Shown here one piece after another: positions 1 to 12,727 of a stretch of 64,000 nt of DNA. Source of the stretch: Vermamoeba vermiformis (Eukaryota); NCBI GenBank assembly GCA_045837725.1, contig JBEWZL010000300.1, positions 248,001 through 312,000 on the forward strand, given 5' to 3'. The translations under genes and the position numbers were made by a program. Under the pieces are notes generated by a model. The model made no database searches, had not been told where the DNA came from, and saw nothing but the letters and a program-made list of their open reading frames with translations. How positions within the stretch are numbered: position 1 is the first letter of the stretch; every line of letters starts with the position of its first letter.

Positions 1-890
1 ATGAGTAAGCATTAGTACTCAATAGGAGCTGCATACTTATCAGCAAAAGCGGGCCAGTCAATGTTAGGGAATGCAACTGCGTGCGCATTGAATTGACCAG
101 TAGCACCACCGAACTTGGCACTCATAGGGACCTGTGAAATGATTAGCAGGCCTCTCAATGACCACTACAGGTGTGCTACATACTTGCTTCAACAAATTAA
201 GTTGACCACGAGCTCTGTCCAAGAAAACATTGATCTCTTTGCCCACGCGTGTTGGAGTGGCTGGTTGACCGTGGGTGCGTGCGAGCATAGGCACTTCAGA
301 CCAGTCGCGCACCATGGTCTCAAACTGAGTCAACAAGGAGTTGAGGGATTTGTAGTAGTCGTGCTCCATAGCCTCGTGCAAGGAAAGAGGGATTGACGTG
401 TTGTTAATGTCTTGCGAAGTCAGACCGAAGTGGATCCACTCTTGCAGACCCTTCAAATTAGGGCATTGTTGGTCGATTTTTTGTTTCAAATAATATTCCA
501 CGGCTTTGACGTCGTGATTGGTGACTTTTTCAATCCTGAAGTGCGTAATTAGCAAGAGATCTCACAAAAATAATTTAAAAAATCCCATAAGCGCAATTTA
601 ATAATCAAAATTAATTATTATTGTGCTTACTCTTTAATAATCTCAGCTTGCTCCTCGGTAAAATTTTCCTTTTTGTACAAAGCTCGCAAAAGTTCGAAGT
701 CTTTAAGATGCTGTTGCTTGGCTTGGACCAAAGCAGGAATAACATCAAATAAGGCAATAAAATATTCTACTTCAATGAGGACACGGTAACGGAACAAACT
801 GTACTCGGAGAAGTATTCTGAAAGTCCTGAGACTTTGCTCCAATATCGGCCGTCAATAGGCGAGATAGCTCTCAAGGGAGACAATTCCAT
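1..890 (-). CDS. ADSL: Adenylosuccinate lyase, 5' part (multi-exon; continues past left edge)
   Basis: Exons encode MELSPLRAISPIDGRY, TNHDVKAVEY, HFGLTSQDINNTS, PMLARTHGQPATPT (PurB signatures); GT-AG introns between ORF pieces. Confidence 0.95.
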
Positions 891-1038
891 CGTGTTGTTG
901 TATTCTAAGGTAAGATAGTATTGTGAGGAAAGTTAATTCCGCAATGAAGCCTCGGTACCACGTGGTTTTGGGGTCAAATTTGGATTTTTCAACAATCGGA
1001 TCAATATTTCTTGCACGTAGGTTTTCGGTACCACAAAT

Positions 1039-2334
1039 ATGCTCCAAAAAACCTTCTTCTTCGCTGTCGTATTAGCCCTAGTAACGGTGTCATCGGCTCA
1101 GCTCTGCGTGTTCAACGTTGGAAGCTGTTTGCGAATCCGTGATAGCGACAATTTGATGGTTTCTCGCGTGCTTGGCTGTGTCCCTGAAGGTACTCGCCTT
1201 GAGGACCTCGGTAGATCCTCCAACCGCGATGGAATCAATTGGAGAAACGTTCGGTAAGCAGATCATGAATGACATTTTGTGACATTCAATTTTAATTATT
1301 ATTCACACTATTTAGTATTGAATTTCAATAACACGTTTCGGTAAAATTGTGACACTAATTTATCACGAACAAAGGTGGAACGGTCAAGTTGGTTGGGCAT
1401 CTGGCGAATTTTTGCGAGCTTGTGGAACTACCACGCCAACACAACCAAACAATGACAGGCCAGTATTTGATAGACTGCCATTCCAAGGCAACTTTCCTCT
1501 TTCGCAATTCTACGGCGACACGCGCTTTGCTAGATCAAACCAACGAACGTTCTACGGCTCTACTCAGGTACGATACAACCCTACTACTACGACTGTGTTA
1601 TAAGTGAAGGATGGTATTACTTCCATCGGCCTTCTAGAAGCTAAAAATGCACAGAATCAAATTAATCGAATCACGCAGGGCATGCACAATGGCATCGACT
1701 GGGCTACTCCTGTAGGCACTCCCCTCGTTGCAGTATGCAATGGACAAGTTGTACATGCCGGTCTCAACTCTCCATTCGCAGCTGGACCTCGTAGGTAAGT
1801 ATCTCATTCTAAAATGTGAATCGAAACTGGCGACATCAATTAACTTGTCGAAGTGTCATTCTTCGCTGCGGTGCTTGGTACGTGCTGTACGGCCACACAG
1901 ACTCAGAGTCCGTTCGTGCTGGCGATAGAGTCACCTCTGGTCAAGTGGTTGGTCGTTCTGGATGGCCTGGTAATGCGCACGTCCATTTTGAAGTCAGGTA
2001 AAGTTCGTGACTTGTCTGCGTGGCAAATGAAAACACCTCTAACTGTCATTTTTGAAGACCCGTCCCCGCCCGCGTAGTGAACAACAACGACTTCAGAGCT
2101 CACCCCGTCAACCCGGGTACCGCTACCAACCCCCGTCCGTTCTTTGCGGCCTCCTTGGACTCACACTTCAATACAGAACTCAATCGCATGGGCGGCTTTC
2201 GAGGTCACTTCTGCACTGGTAACATGGTAAGTCACTGATAAGTCTTGCCGATGTGCGTATTAACCGTGTCATAGATGAATCAACCCGACATCACTTTCGG
2301 AGCTCCTTTGCGAACTGTTCCTTGCACCAATTAA
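1039..2334 (+). CDS. Secreted SH3b + M23 family metallopeptidase (putative peptidoglycan hydrolase), 6 exons
   Basis: Exons 1039-1253, 1375-1567, 1679-1794, 1854-1997, 2058-2226, 2275-2334 splice in frame; signal peptide; SH3b-like LRIRD...WRNVRWNGQVGWASGEFL; M23 motifs HNGID and HVHFEVR, plus YGH and GQVVGRSG. Confidence 0.88.
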
Positions 2335-2379
2335 TGTGCTCATTAATGTAGACTTTATTGTTAAATATATGTATGGCCA

Positions 2380-4990
2380 CTACTCTTCTTCGTCCTCCAA
2401 GTAATATCCATCCTCCACGTATTGATTGTACTCGTCAGTTGTTCGTGCCTGAGCTGAGTCCCAATCCGTTGGTTCCTCAAGATACTTCGGCACCGATACT
2501 TTTCTGTTGTACATGCTCTCTTTAGGCATGGCCCAGTCATTGTTAAAGAAGTCCATCAATAGACGGAAACCCGGGCCAGTTGATTCGCCCACAACAGGCA
2601 CAAAGCTGATTGGTGGGATTGTGAAGCGAGGTGCATCAATGAGCTCCTCATCGCCAATGAACTGCTCGGTCAGATGACTGTTCCAACATCCTGAACACAA
2701 AAGTTAGCTCTGAATGACGTAATTGACTGCGCTCGCATACCTGCGAAGTTACAAGCGATTTGTCCGTCGAACGTGTGGAAGTGAATCTTGTCCTCGTCAA
2801 TCAGAATGCTTTCAGGGTCGAATTGCAGGCGTTGATTTAGGAAGATTACTGGTGCGCTCTTAATGTACGCCAAGTTTCGTTCAACATCTTGTTCGTAGGC
2901 ATCCATCGTGTTGCCGCACTTCCACGGAATGAAATCCATGTCGCACATGGGACAGCATTGATTGGCTGTTTCACCTTCTGCCAATTTGTAACGATCGAGA
3001 GGCAATGCATTCTTCAAATATTCTGCTTTTTGCTCTGCATCTGTCAGGTAGAAGTAATCTCCGTGCTTCGTTTCTTGTGACATTTGGTTCCACAAGTACG
3101 ACATGATCCAGCCAGATGTTGACTCGACATCTTGAGGCACGCTGATTTGTTCTGACGAGCACTCTTTTCTGAACGCTTTCATCACGGCGTTATTTTCCAC
3201 TTTTTCGCCGTATCGGCAGTTGAAATAATCAAGTACCGCAATGATTGCAACCAGTTTAAGGAACTGTACACGTTGCTCAAGTGTAACTTGGTGACTGTTG
3301 TTCTCGGCACCGACGTGCGGGAACCAGTAGTCATTGCCATTCGTCGCAAAGTGAAGGCCATTCCAACGCTTGTGCAGCACAATTGGCTCGAATGGTTGTG
3401 ACTGTGTGTCGTCGTTGAGTCTCCAATGTGCTTTGTTGACGCGCTCGTACAACTCGTGTGCGTGTCGCGAATAGTCGGGCTGGAATGCACTTTGTAGTGT
3501 GAAGTACACTGCGGAGCTGAACAGCTTGCTAATTGTTGGCTCGTAAGTCATGTGTCTGTCGGTAAAAATGAGCTCTGTTCTGAGGAATATTTTGTTGTTG
3601 TCAATGAACGGTTGTCCTTCGTGTGGATATCGGTGGCTGAAGATCACGCAGTCGAACGTTGAGAATGAGGAGAATGCCACCTTTGGACCCTTTGAACTGA
3701 CACCAGTCTCAATGCTGAGAGCAGGATTGCCGGTGCCATTGCTGAGGTATATCAACATGGTGTACTTGGAGACGTGTTTTTTCACAGAATCATAATACGG
3801 TGTGTCCAAGTGCGTTTCGAACTTGTTGTCGCCAGGCGCAAATTTGTTGCACCGAAACACGTAGTTGACGGACTGAAAGGTGTTCGCGTGGTAAATCGAC
3901 TGGGGTCTTGTCAACACTTTAAACAAGTTCGACTCTTTGATTGCCTTTGTCAGACCTCGACTCAGCACAGCCGACGAGAAGATGAATCTTTGCCCACCAC
4001 GTGTGCTGGAGTTTGCTGGCACTTGGTACAAGCCCAAGGTGTCCAAGTCCAATAGCGACTTTGTGCCAGGTCCCTTTAGTTGACATCTCACCACCTCCAA
4101 GTCCTTGTGCGGTCGTACAATCGAATCAAGCGTGAACTCTGCTAGAGGCAGCTCCGCTCCCATCTGGTTACCAAGGTGCAGTGCTCTATCGAGCGGCAAA
4201 ATGTTTTCAAAATTGTTGTACGAGAGGTCCCCTGCATCAACCCACACAGCATAGAACTGCGTTGAATTTAACGCCATTGTAGCAATGCACTCCAGCAGTC
4301 CTTCTTCAAAGTCACCGAGCTCGTTGATGTTTTCAATAAACTTGAGCACACGACGATGTTTGGACGGACAGAACGAGAACGACATTGATTGGTGTTCACC
4401 GTGAGGCACAAACTCGTCGTCCAACAGCTCCAACACTGCACTCAGTGTCTTCTTCTCGTCGGCGGACAACAAGCCACGTGACTCAGCGAGCCACAAGTCA
4501 CGCACACCGACGAACAAGTGCCGCGCTTGTTGCTCGTTGAGTTGTTTCAGCTCTTGTGGCTCACGAACAACTCGCTTCATGAATGCAATGGTGCGCTTTT
4601 CAACGAGTGGATCATCGCTTTGATCGAATATCAATGGCCACAACTTGCCACTGACGATTGTGCCTGTCACAATGTTGAAGTGTAAAAGTGGATCTTGTTG
4701 TTCTGATTCTGAAAAGCTGTTTTGAATTTTTGTTGAGTCCCAAGAAATATTATGAGCCCTTCGGCCATCAGCTTTCAACTCTTCTCCTTTGATTTCGCAA
4801 TAACGAGCTGTTGCCCTGAAAATGTAAATTAAAAGACCGTCCAGCTCAATTATTTCTGGACAAAATTTAGCTGCAATTTTGTATTAATCATGGCTTATTA
4901 CTGTACTATTAATTGATGTCTCAAATAAATAACTTGAGGCCAGGTAATCTTAAAAATTTACCTGATGTCAGAAGGGTGTTTGTTCTCCAT
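2380..4990 (-). CDS. Large 2OG-Fe(II) dioxygenase-domain protein (prolyl-hydroxylase-like)
   Basis: ATG at 4990; introns 4816-4961 and 2691-2740; motifs FRCNKF, HLD, YTMLIYL, HEG, K-x-x-x-RTELIF typical of 2OG-FeII oxygenases. Confidence 0.7.
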
Positions 4991-5364
4991 CAGCTTGTGC
5001 TGCTAAATCGATATTACAATGCCAGCACCTTCACAAGTGTGCACTCGCGAAAAAAAAATTATACTGAATTTCAGACTCGCCTAGGGCTGGTTAAAAATAG
5101 TCGGCCAATAGTTTCACCATATTTAGTTAAATTTCATTTCTAAAACACACTTGTACTTGGTTAAGGCCTAAAATCCTCCTTTGCAAGTTGGTACGAGAGT
5201 CGTGACGCAACTTATCCGACCTAAGAAGCGCAGAGATCCTTCAATTCCGAAGCCTATTTTTGCTTTATGTACTTGGACATTGAAAACTATCGCCTCCCAA
5301 AAAAAACAAACCAAATACGCCTCAAAATAATATTATTTACATCTCATTTTACAATTGCGCTCAC

Positions 5365-7051
5365 TCAAACGTAACGTCTATACTCCTCGTACAGATCTGT
5401 TGGCAGTTTGTCCCCCAAGTTGTTAAAATTCTTCGAGTTCCGATGCAGATATTCAAAGCATATTAGCTTGAGTGACAGTGCTGCGATTAAGTCAGTAAAA
5501 TACGTGGAAAGGAACGAGACTTACCTCGAGGCTTGAGCACATAGGCGTCATTGTAATATGGTCCATTATATCCTCCGACAACTGTATTCATATTAGACAT
5601 TATAAGAGTGTATATAAAGACATACTATACAAGTTGTTATTGATGACAAGTGCTGCAGCACCTGTCCTCGGGCCAATTGTCGAGTCACCATTAATTGGCT
5701 GGCAAGCGAATACCTCCCACTCTAACGTGTCTAATGTCTAATTAGTACGACACATGTCATTGCAAGCCTTACTTAAGTTGAAGAATTGTGTGGCGTTGAG
5801 ATAATTGCCGTTGTAGCCACCGAATGCGACGAGGTACAATTGATTGTAAATATACAACGAGCTCAATGAATGACCTGCACACCCGACCGGTGTACCTGTC
5901 GCTTCAATTTTGTGCCATGTAAGCGTTACTAATAACTTGACGTGAGCTACATTCACAATAAAATCATGTTGAACTACGCACTCGTGTCTAGTCTCCACAG
6001 ATCGTGGACATAACCACTGTGAAATCCAGCGTACATGTAAATATCATCTCCGACTACTGTCGTTGCAAATCCTGATCGTTCCATTGGTCGAACATCACTC
6101 GCGACTGTTTCAAAACTCCACTTTTGCGATTCTGTCAAGTGGTAAGACACGTGCGCTCTGTAATCAATCGAATGGCCGTACCTATATTATACACTGCCAT
6201 CGTTTTAAAGTCTGTCGAATCATTATCGCCGTAAAATACGTAAATTTCTCCGTTGACATGATGCGCACCAAACAGTTGTTTCGTGCCTTCAAATGGCAGC
6301 GGTGATTCGACAATTTTGTGCGTCCCTGAGCACTCGATTAGACTATGACGTTGCTTGTATATTTATGCTTGCCTAGATTGTACGTAAGCATCGCCTTGGT
6401 TGCAAAGCAATAAATATTGTCGTTGACTCTGAGCGCCATTGATAACGCGGGCAATGGTTCTTCCAAATCAATCACGTACCAGCTCTTATTCTCGACTAAC
6501 ACTGCGTTATAATTATTTGAATATAGCACTCGACTTACAATCATAACCAAAGTACTGTTTGTTCATCTTGGTTCCTCTTTCCGTGGATCCCGGAATGACA
6601 AACAACGTCGTCTGGTCTGTAAATAGTACTGCATCATAACATGCTGGAAATGGTGTCGCGCTTGACTTAATTTTCTTCCATTCCGCTAATCTTGAGTGGG
6701 TAGAAATTTGAAGAGTTGGATCTGACAAGAATAGCAAAATTAGGAAAATTGCTACCAACATTTTATTGAGATCATATATTATTCATATTCTTGCACAGGA
6801 AGTGTTGATAAATTATTAAAGAATTATAAATTGAATTATTTTTAATTTATTTGTTTCCTCACCTGTTTTATGCAATTTAGCTTGAATTAATTCATCTGGC
6901 AAGTCAATTGTTTGTTCTTGTATACGCTCGATGGCTTGTGTCGGCGGTGTCTCTTTGCGTGTCAGAACGGGGACTGACTTCTACGAATTAGGTTAATATA
7001 CAGATGCCTAGTTGGTACATCATTAACAATTACTTTTTGCCTGTTTCCCAT
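5365..7051 (-). CDS. Kelch-repeat protein with C-terminal BC-box/SOCS-like motif (KLHDC3/KLHDC10-like)
   Basis: Kelch-type segments (GHSLS...LVAFGGYNG, W-x-K); last exon ALSLKLICFEYL...LPTDLYEEYRRYV*; probable start MGNRQK; many short introns. Confidence 0.65.
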
Positions 7052-7126
7052 CGCTAGGAAGATTTAAAAATGACGAGGTGTCACATTTATTTTACAAAAG
7101 GGAATCCACACAATAATACACACGGC

Positions 7127-9252
7127 TCATTGCAACAAGCAGCGGTCTTTCGAAAGGTCAGTGTTATGTCCCATAATAATGTTCAGTACTTACCTTTCTT
7201 GCCGTGTCTTTCTTTCCACTTGCGACGCATCTCCTTGTACTGCGAACCAGGCCACGCACCATATTCAACACTTCCCATATCACCTCCAGGCAGTTCTTTA
7301 AATTCTTTTTTGTCTTTGATCGCGTCATAGTTCAATCGCATTAGCCAAATGCAATAATCGCGAAGATTGTAGTGGTTGTTTCGCGACGCCACAGCACACC
7401 ACTTGAATACGTTCTTCAATGTAATGATGTCGTGCACTAATATGTACTCGCATGCTTTGGTCAGTCCCGACATCTCCCACTGGGCTAGGTTAACAAGTGT
7501 CGACGCAATATGTCTTGTCTTGCTTACCTTCGCACTGACCTCGAGCAGGTCTTCAATATCCTCATGCAGCACAGTCCCTTTGATCACGTATTCTAGCACG
7601 GCCTTAATTAGTGAAGAGGTGAGGTCAACTTCAATGTGCTTGACGTCATTCTCTGCAAACAGTGTTTTGAAGTACGCTGAACGACACCACAGCAGTGCCT
7701 TCGATGTTTGAAAGCGTCGGTTCTCGGTTGACACAATCTCGAAGTCCCACATTTTGTTCACGTTAACGGCAATCTTATTCTTCAGTGCATCGCGTCGGTC
7801 AGCTGTAGGACTAATGAGAAGAGTTCGGTACATTAGCACTGTGACATTTACTCACTCGCAATATTGATGTGGCACGCACTAGCAAGGGCCTCCAACTCTG
7901 CGACCGACTCGCTCTTTCCGCTGTACAAGCCCTTGAGAAACTTCAGCAGAGACTCCTCGGTGACAGTGCTGTTAACGTCAATGAAGCACACGTTGTCGAC
8001 TGTCTTTGCCGTAAAATATCCCTCGACTGCAACTCCGTCAATGATCAATCTCTCAATTGGCTCGCAAGCACTGCACAACACAATCTTGTGCCCATAAAAA
8101 TCTCTAAAAAGTTGTTAGCAACGGTACTTGAATCGCTGCCCTCGTACTTATCGCCCAGCTTGAATATGACGTCGTGCGTCTGTTTCTCGTTTACCAATGA
8201 CACCAATTCATCGCAAAGCTCCGGTCCTAAACTCAAGTGTTATGTTCGAGCACAGTTGACACTAGTCGTACCGTTGGTGATTGGAGGTGCAGGCGGTTTT
8301 GGAGGCACCTTGGGCTCTATTTGTCCTGTTGAAGCCGAAATGCCCACTCTGATTATTCGGTCCATGGCCTCGTCCAAACCTTCTGCCGTCTTGGCAGAAA
8401 TCTGTCGTGTAGTTAGTCGCTGGTCTCCGAGAAGACTTGACTTGCCTCAAAGAATCCCATCGCACCGATGTCGTCAGCAGTCTGTTGTCCCTGTAATAAC
8501 TTTAAGATCGTGAAATGCACGCCAAAGCCTACCTGATCGGTGCTAACACATGATTTGCCTTGGTCTGCCAGAGACTTCAAGGCTGCTTTGTCCTCGCGTA
8601 GATCCGCTTTAGTGGCCACGAGTACAAAAGGAGCAGCGGAGTACTGAGTTATCTCAGGAATCCACTAAGCGATATTAGCTATTGTATACTGATGATTATG
8701 ATGCTCGAATATCGGTACCTTCTTTGTGACGTTCTCAAAAGATTCTGGATCCGAAACTGCATAAGCAACAATGAAAACATCGGTATTTTGGTAGCTTCAA
8801 TACAAACAGTGTTAGGAACATCAATAATATGCGATTTTCAACCTTAAGGGGCGAAATCTGTCATAATCGGCTTGGCCTAAACAAACGTTCAATCAAGTTT
8901 TTGTTTCAGCGGAGATCTGCTTACCTGCTGTGTCCCAAAGACCGACAGTAACCGATTGTTGATCTATGTTAACATTTGTCGAATATTCTACAAATAAATT
9001 AATTTACGAATAAGCGAGTAATTTCAAAATCGGTATTACCATCCAAAACCGTTGGAATATATTCACCTGTAGTCATTGGAGTTAAAATTATTGTTGTAAT
9101 AACGAGGAATTACCAGGAAAGGTCTTATTGACATAAGCGAGATAGACGCAAGTCTGCAACGGATTAGTCAAGTTTACAACTGAACAGAATAATGGTCTAC
9201 TTACCTTTCCAACTCCTCCGTCCCCAACTATAACAACCTTAATCGAAAACAT
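7127..9252 (-). CDS. RhoBTB/RacA-like protein: Rho GTPase + Pro-rich linker + two BTB domains + RhoBTB C-terminal domain
   Basis: MFSIKVVIVGDGGVGK, YIPTV, LWDTAGQ, TKADL, EISAKT; PPKPPAPP; BTB segments (HDVIF...GHKIVLCSAC; DFEIV...LLWCRSAYFKTLF); C-domain YCIWLMRLNY...WPG; last exon DRCLLQ*. Confidence 0.88.
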
Positions 9253-9460
9253 GCTCGTGCATACAATCTATAACGAAATATGTGCTCTTGCTGTTTCTTT
9301 CGTTCGTGTTAAGCGAACATAAAAATCACGTGTCTGTAAGTGTCACTTAAAAACAATAGGATCGTGGGTATATTTTCATAATTTAATAAATTAATATAAA
9401 TTCAAAGCGACGACAAGAGTCAAAAATGTTCATCCGGGTCAGATCAGCATCCGAACTTGC

Positions 9461-11419
9461 TTATTGTCTGAGGTACTCCCAGTTGGTAACCATCAATTTC
9501 TGCAAGGCCAACAGCGATTCTTTTTGCACTTCATCGTTGCTATGAGCCAACAAGCTCATAATGGGTACTTTGGCGCCAATGTGTTGCAAGATGCTGTCAA
9601 GAAATGAGCCATTGCCACATTGATTATATACTTCTACTCGATACTTACATTTTACCGCGAGGGTGGAATCGCACGAACTCGCCCAAGTCCCAGCAGGCGA
9701 CAGCAATGACACGTGACGAGCAGTCAGTGCTGCTGATGATTTCCTTCAAAATTCTAATGAAAGCGTTAATAACTGTTCGAAAAATTGTAATAGGGTATAA
9801 TAGACGGTACTGACCTCAATACTAAGTAGTCGTCATCCTCGAAACGAGAAATGTTTTCGCGCCAGAATCGTTCAGACTTGTGAGCGGGTGAAGTCCAGTC
9901 CAACTTCTTGGAGAGACACTCGTTTTTGTACATATCAAATGAGCTCATTTCAGTGACCTTCTTGTTCAAGACCTCGAGCATGACTTGCAAATCAGCGGGG
10001 ATATCTTCATCACCCCACTTTCGATTGTTCAAATGGTTCAAAGTCTTCATAATTCCAAAGCTGATCATTTGTTCGTTGTTGTTGCCCATATCCAACATAT
10101 TCTTCGAGAATTAGCACACGCACGAATAACAATAATAAATTAACAACTTACGCGAAGAGTAGCGATGGTCATACGTCTAACCTTCAAAACTTCGACTTGC
10201 TTAAGGATTTCGACCAAATTGAAGACGAGGTCGGGGTCAGTCATCTTCTCCTTCACCTCATTGTTGAAGGTCAACATCCACAAGCAGAACAAAGCTTGAT
10301 ACAACAATTGGAAGTTCTGATCTTGAGACTTGTATTTGACCAAGGGTGTCAAACTGTAATTCAATATTATGTTAATTAATGTCGTCATTATTTTAATGAT
10401 ATCGTGCCATTAATGTAGTGTATTTGAGCTCTTAAAAGGTTTCAATAATAATTTCGAATTGAACTATAACGACACCATTGAAATTACTGTCAACACTTAC
10501 GCCTGCAAAGCACCGGCTTGATAAAATGCCAATCGGTATTCTCCTTTGCGCACAACAGTCATCAAAGCAGTCAAAGCGATGAGAACGTCGCGATCTGTTT
10601 CTTTTTTGAGCTGATCAATAAACCATTTGAAAGCAAACTCCTTCACGTCTTGAGGAACTTCGTTCATTTGACTATCATATCATGAGTATATTAGCGACAA
10701 ACTCCACAAGGGAATAACGAGATCTTGCGCTTACGTGAAAAAGATTGCAATAATATTAGCAGCACGAGCATTGATGTACCAATCGCTTTGTTTTCGTCTC
10801 AATAATCTAAAATAATAAGTATAAATAATCGCCAATTAATTGAGTGCGTGAGAAAAATGTGGCAGCCGATCAGGAAGTTGGATGCAATGCTTACGCGGTA
10901 AAGGGGCCAAAAGGAAGGTCCAAACCGTTCTCATCTTGCTCATTTGATAATTCTTGGAAGAAACGAGCTCGTTCGTGATCCTCTGCATTTTCAACGGCAT
11001 TAGTAAAATTATAACGAAAAATTAATAAATATCCGAATTATCCTTCCTACCCTTCAGCAAGTCCTCAATCATTGTAATAACGTATTGAATATATTCAACC
11101 TTCTGAACCTTCGACAAAAGGACCAAGAATATTTTGGCGTAAGCTTTACCGTGCTGACAGATGGGAAAAAACAGATTAATTATTATAATTCAATTAAAAT
11201 AATTCCAAATCGCTCTATCCTTACGCCTTCAATCAAAGAACTTTTATCTGCTGCTCGGCTATCATATTCCTTGATCATTTGAAGTTCAGTTTCGCTGATG
11301 TAAGCTCCACGTAACGAATCCCATGGAATACCCCTTGAGTAGACTTGAGCAGCAGTCAACTGAGGTTGATCCTGGTTTCTCTTCAACAAATCGGAGTACT
11401 TTTGGTCCAAAGTGGTCAT
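9461..11419 (-). CDS. ATP6V1H: V-type ATPase V1 subunit H
   Basis: FQLLYQALFCLWMLTFN, LDWTSPAHKSERFWREN, VQKESLLALQKLMVTNWEYL. Confidence 0.95.
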
Positions 11420-11688
11420 CCTTGTTGCGCTTTGAATAATAAAAAAGAACAAAAACGTAATTGGCGTCACTGCGATTTGTCGCCGAACCTTTCCAACTGT
11501 CGCGCGTGTTGGATTTTAGGCCAAATATACAACAAACAGTATAATACTTTAAAAGAATAGAGTCTGGTCTGTAGAAAGTAGCTCCTTTTTTAACATTTGT
11601 TTTTTATTTTTTTGGACCACCATTACTGGATCGAGTAATTAACATTCACAGCACAGTTGTTATATAAATTCGGTGTTTATTATTTTAT

Positions 11689-12555
11689 TTAGAAGATGCG
11701 GAATTGCTTCTTGCCTTGACCGCTTTCGGCTTGAGGCTCGTGAGCAACAACGTTGAAACGAACGGTCTTGGACAAAGGTCTGATAATAATAATATGATTA
11801 ATCACCTGTTCAATCGAGTGTGTCTACGAAAAATAATATCTAATTGTGCTGAAATTTTGCTCGTCTAAAGATATTTTTGAATCCACTAATCCGATTCGAT
11901 CTCGTCTGTTTGCCAAGTCCTTTTGAAATTACTAATTAACTGTTATGATAACTCACCTGCATTGACCAATGGTAACGATGTCTCCTTCGTGAACAGCTTG
12001 GAAAGCAGGGGACAAGTGAGCGGGGATGTTTCTGTGGCGCTTTTCAAATCTGTTGTACTTGGGCAAGTAGTGGAGGTAGTCACGACGAATAACAATAGTT
12101 CTCTTCATCTTGTTGGAGACGACGACACCACGGAGGATACGACCACGGATGGAGACGTTGCCAGTGAAAGGGCACTTCTTGTCAATGTAGTGACCAGTGA
12201 TGGCAGCGGAAGGGGTCTTGAAGCCCAAACCGACATCCTTGAAGTATCTCAATCTCTTCTTGGAGAGCTGGTACAGGCGTAGCGTTAGCAATTTAGTTTC
12301 AAATTATTATTACAATAATTATTATCGGTCCACAATAATTTTTATTTTTATTTACCTTCTTCTTTTGAAGAGCCTTGGGGAGAGTAGAGACGGCAGTTTG
12401 TCTCAAAAAGGCCTTTTCGGTCTATAATTATAATAAAAATTAATATTTTGATCGTGCATCACATTCGAGATGAAAAGTGCTGTATTTCAATATCTATCTT
12501 GCTTCATATTCCTCAATTAAATATTCACCTGAATGGTGGCTTGTTGTTCCGACAT
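11689..12555 (-). CDS. RPS11: 40S ribosomal protein S11 (uS17)
   Basis: [55 protein letters not shown] 12555, TAA 11689-11691. Confidence 0.97.
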
Positions 12556-12727
12556 CTTCTATGAGGTGACCGCTATGCGTGGAAAGGGAGAACAATCAAA
12601 ACTCAAAGACAGGATAAAAAGCCGCGACGACAATTTCCTCCCAAAAAGTTGGGGAGGCAAAGCCGACCAATCACAGATCGATGACTACTTTTTGCCTTGT
12701 ACAATCACTCGTGGCACTGATAAGACA

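Noticed and set aside
5365-9252. Single Rho-BTB-Kelch fusion gene
   Set aside because: RhoBTB ends with CaaX and TGA at 7127-7129, and the Kelch gene has its own ATG at 7051
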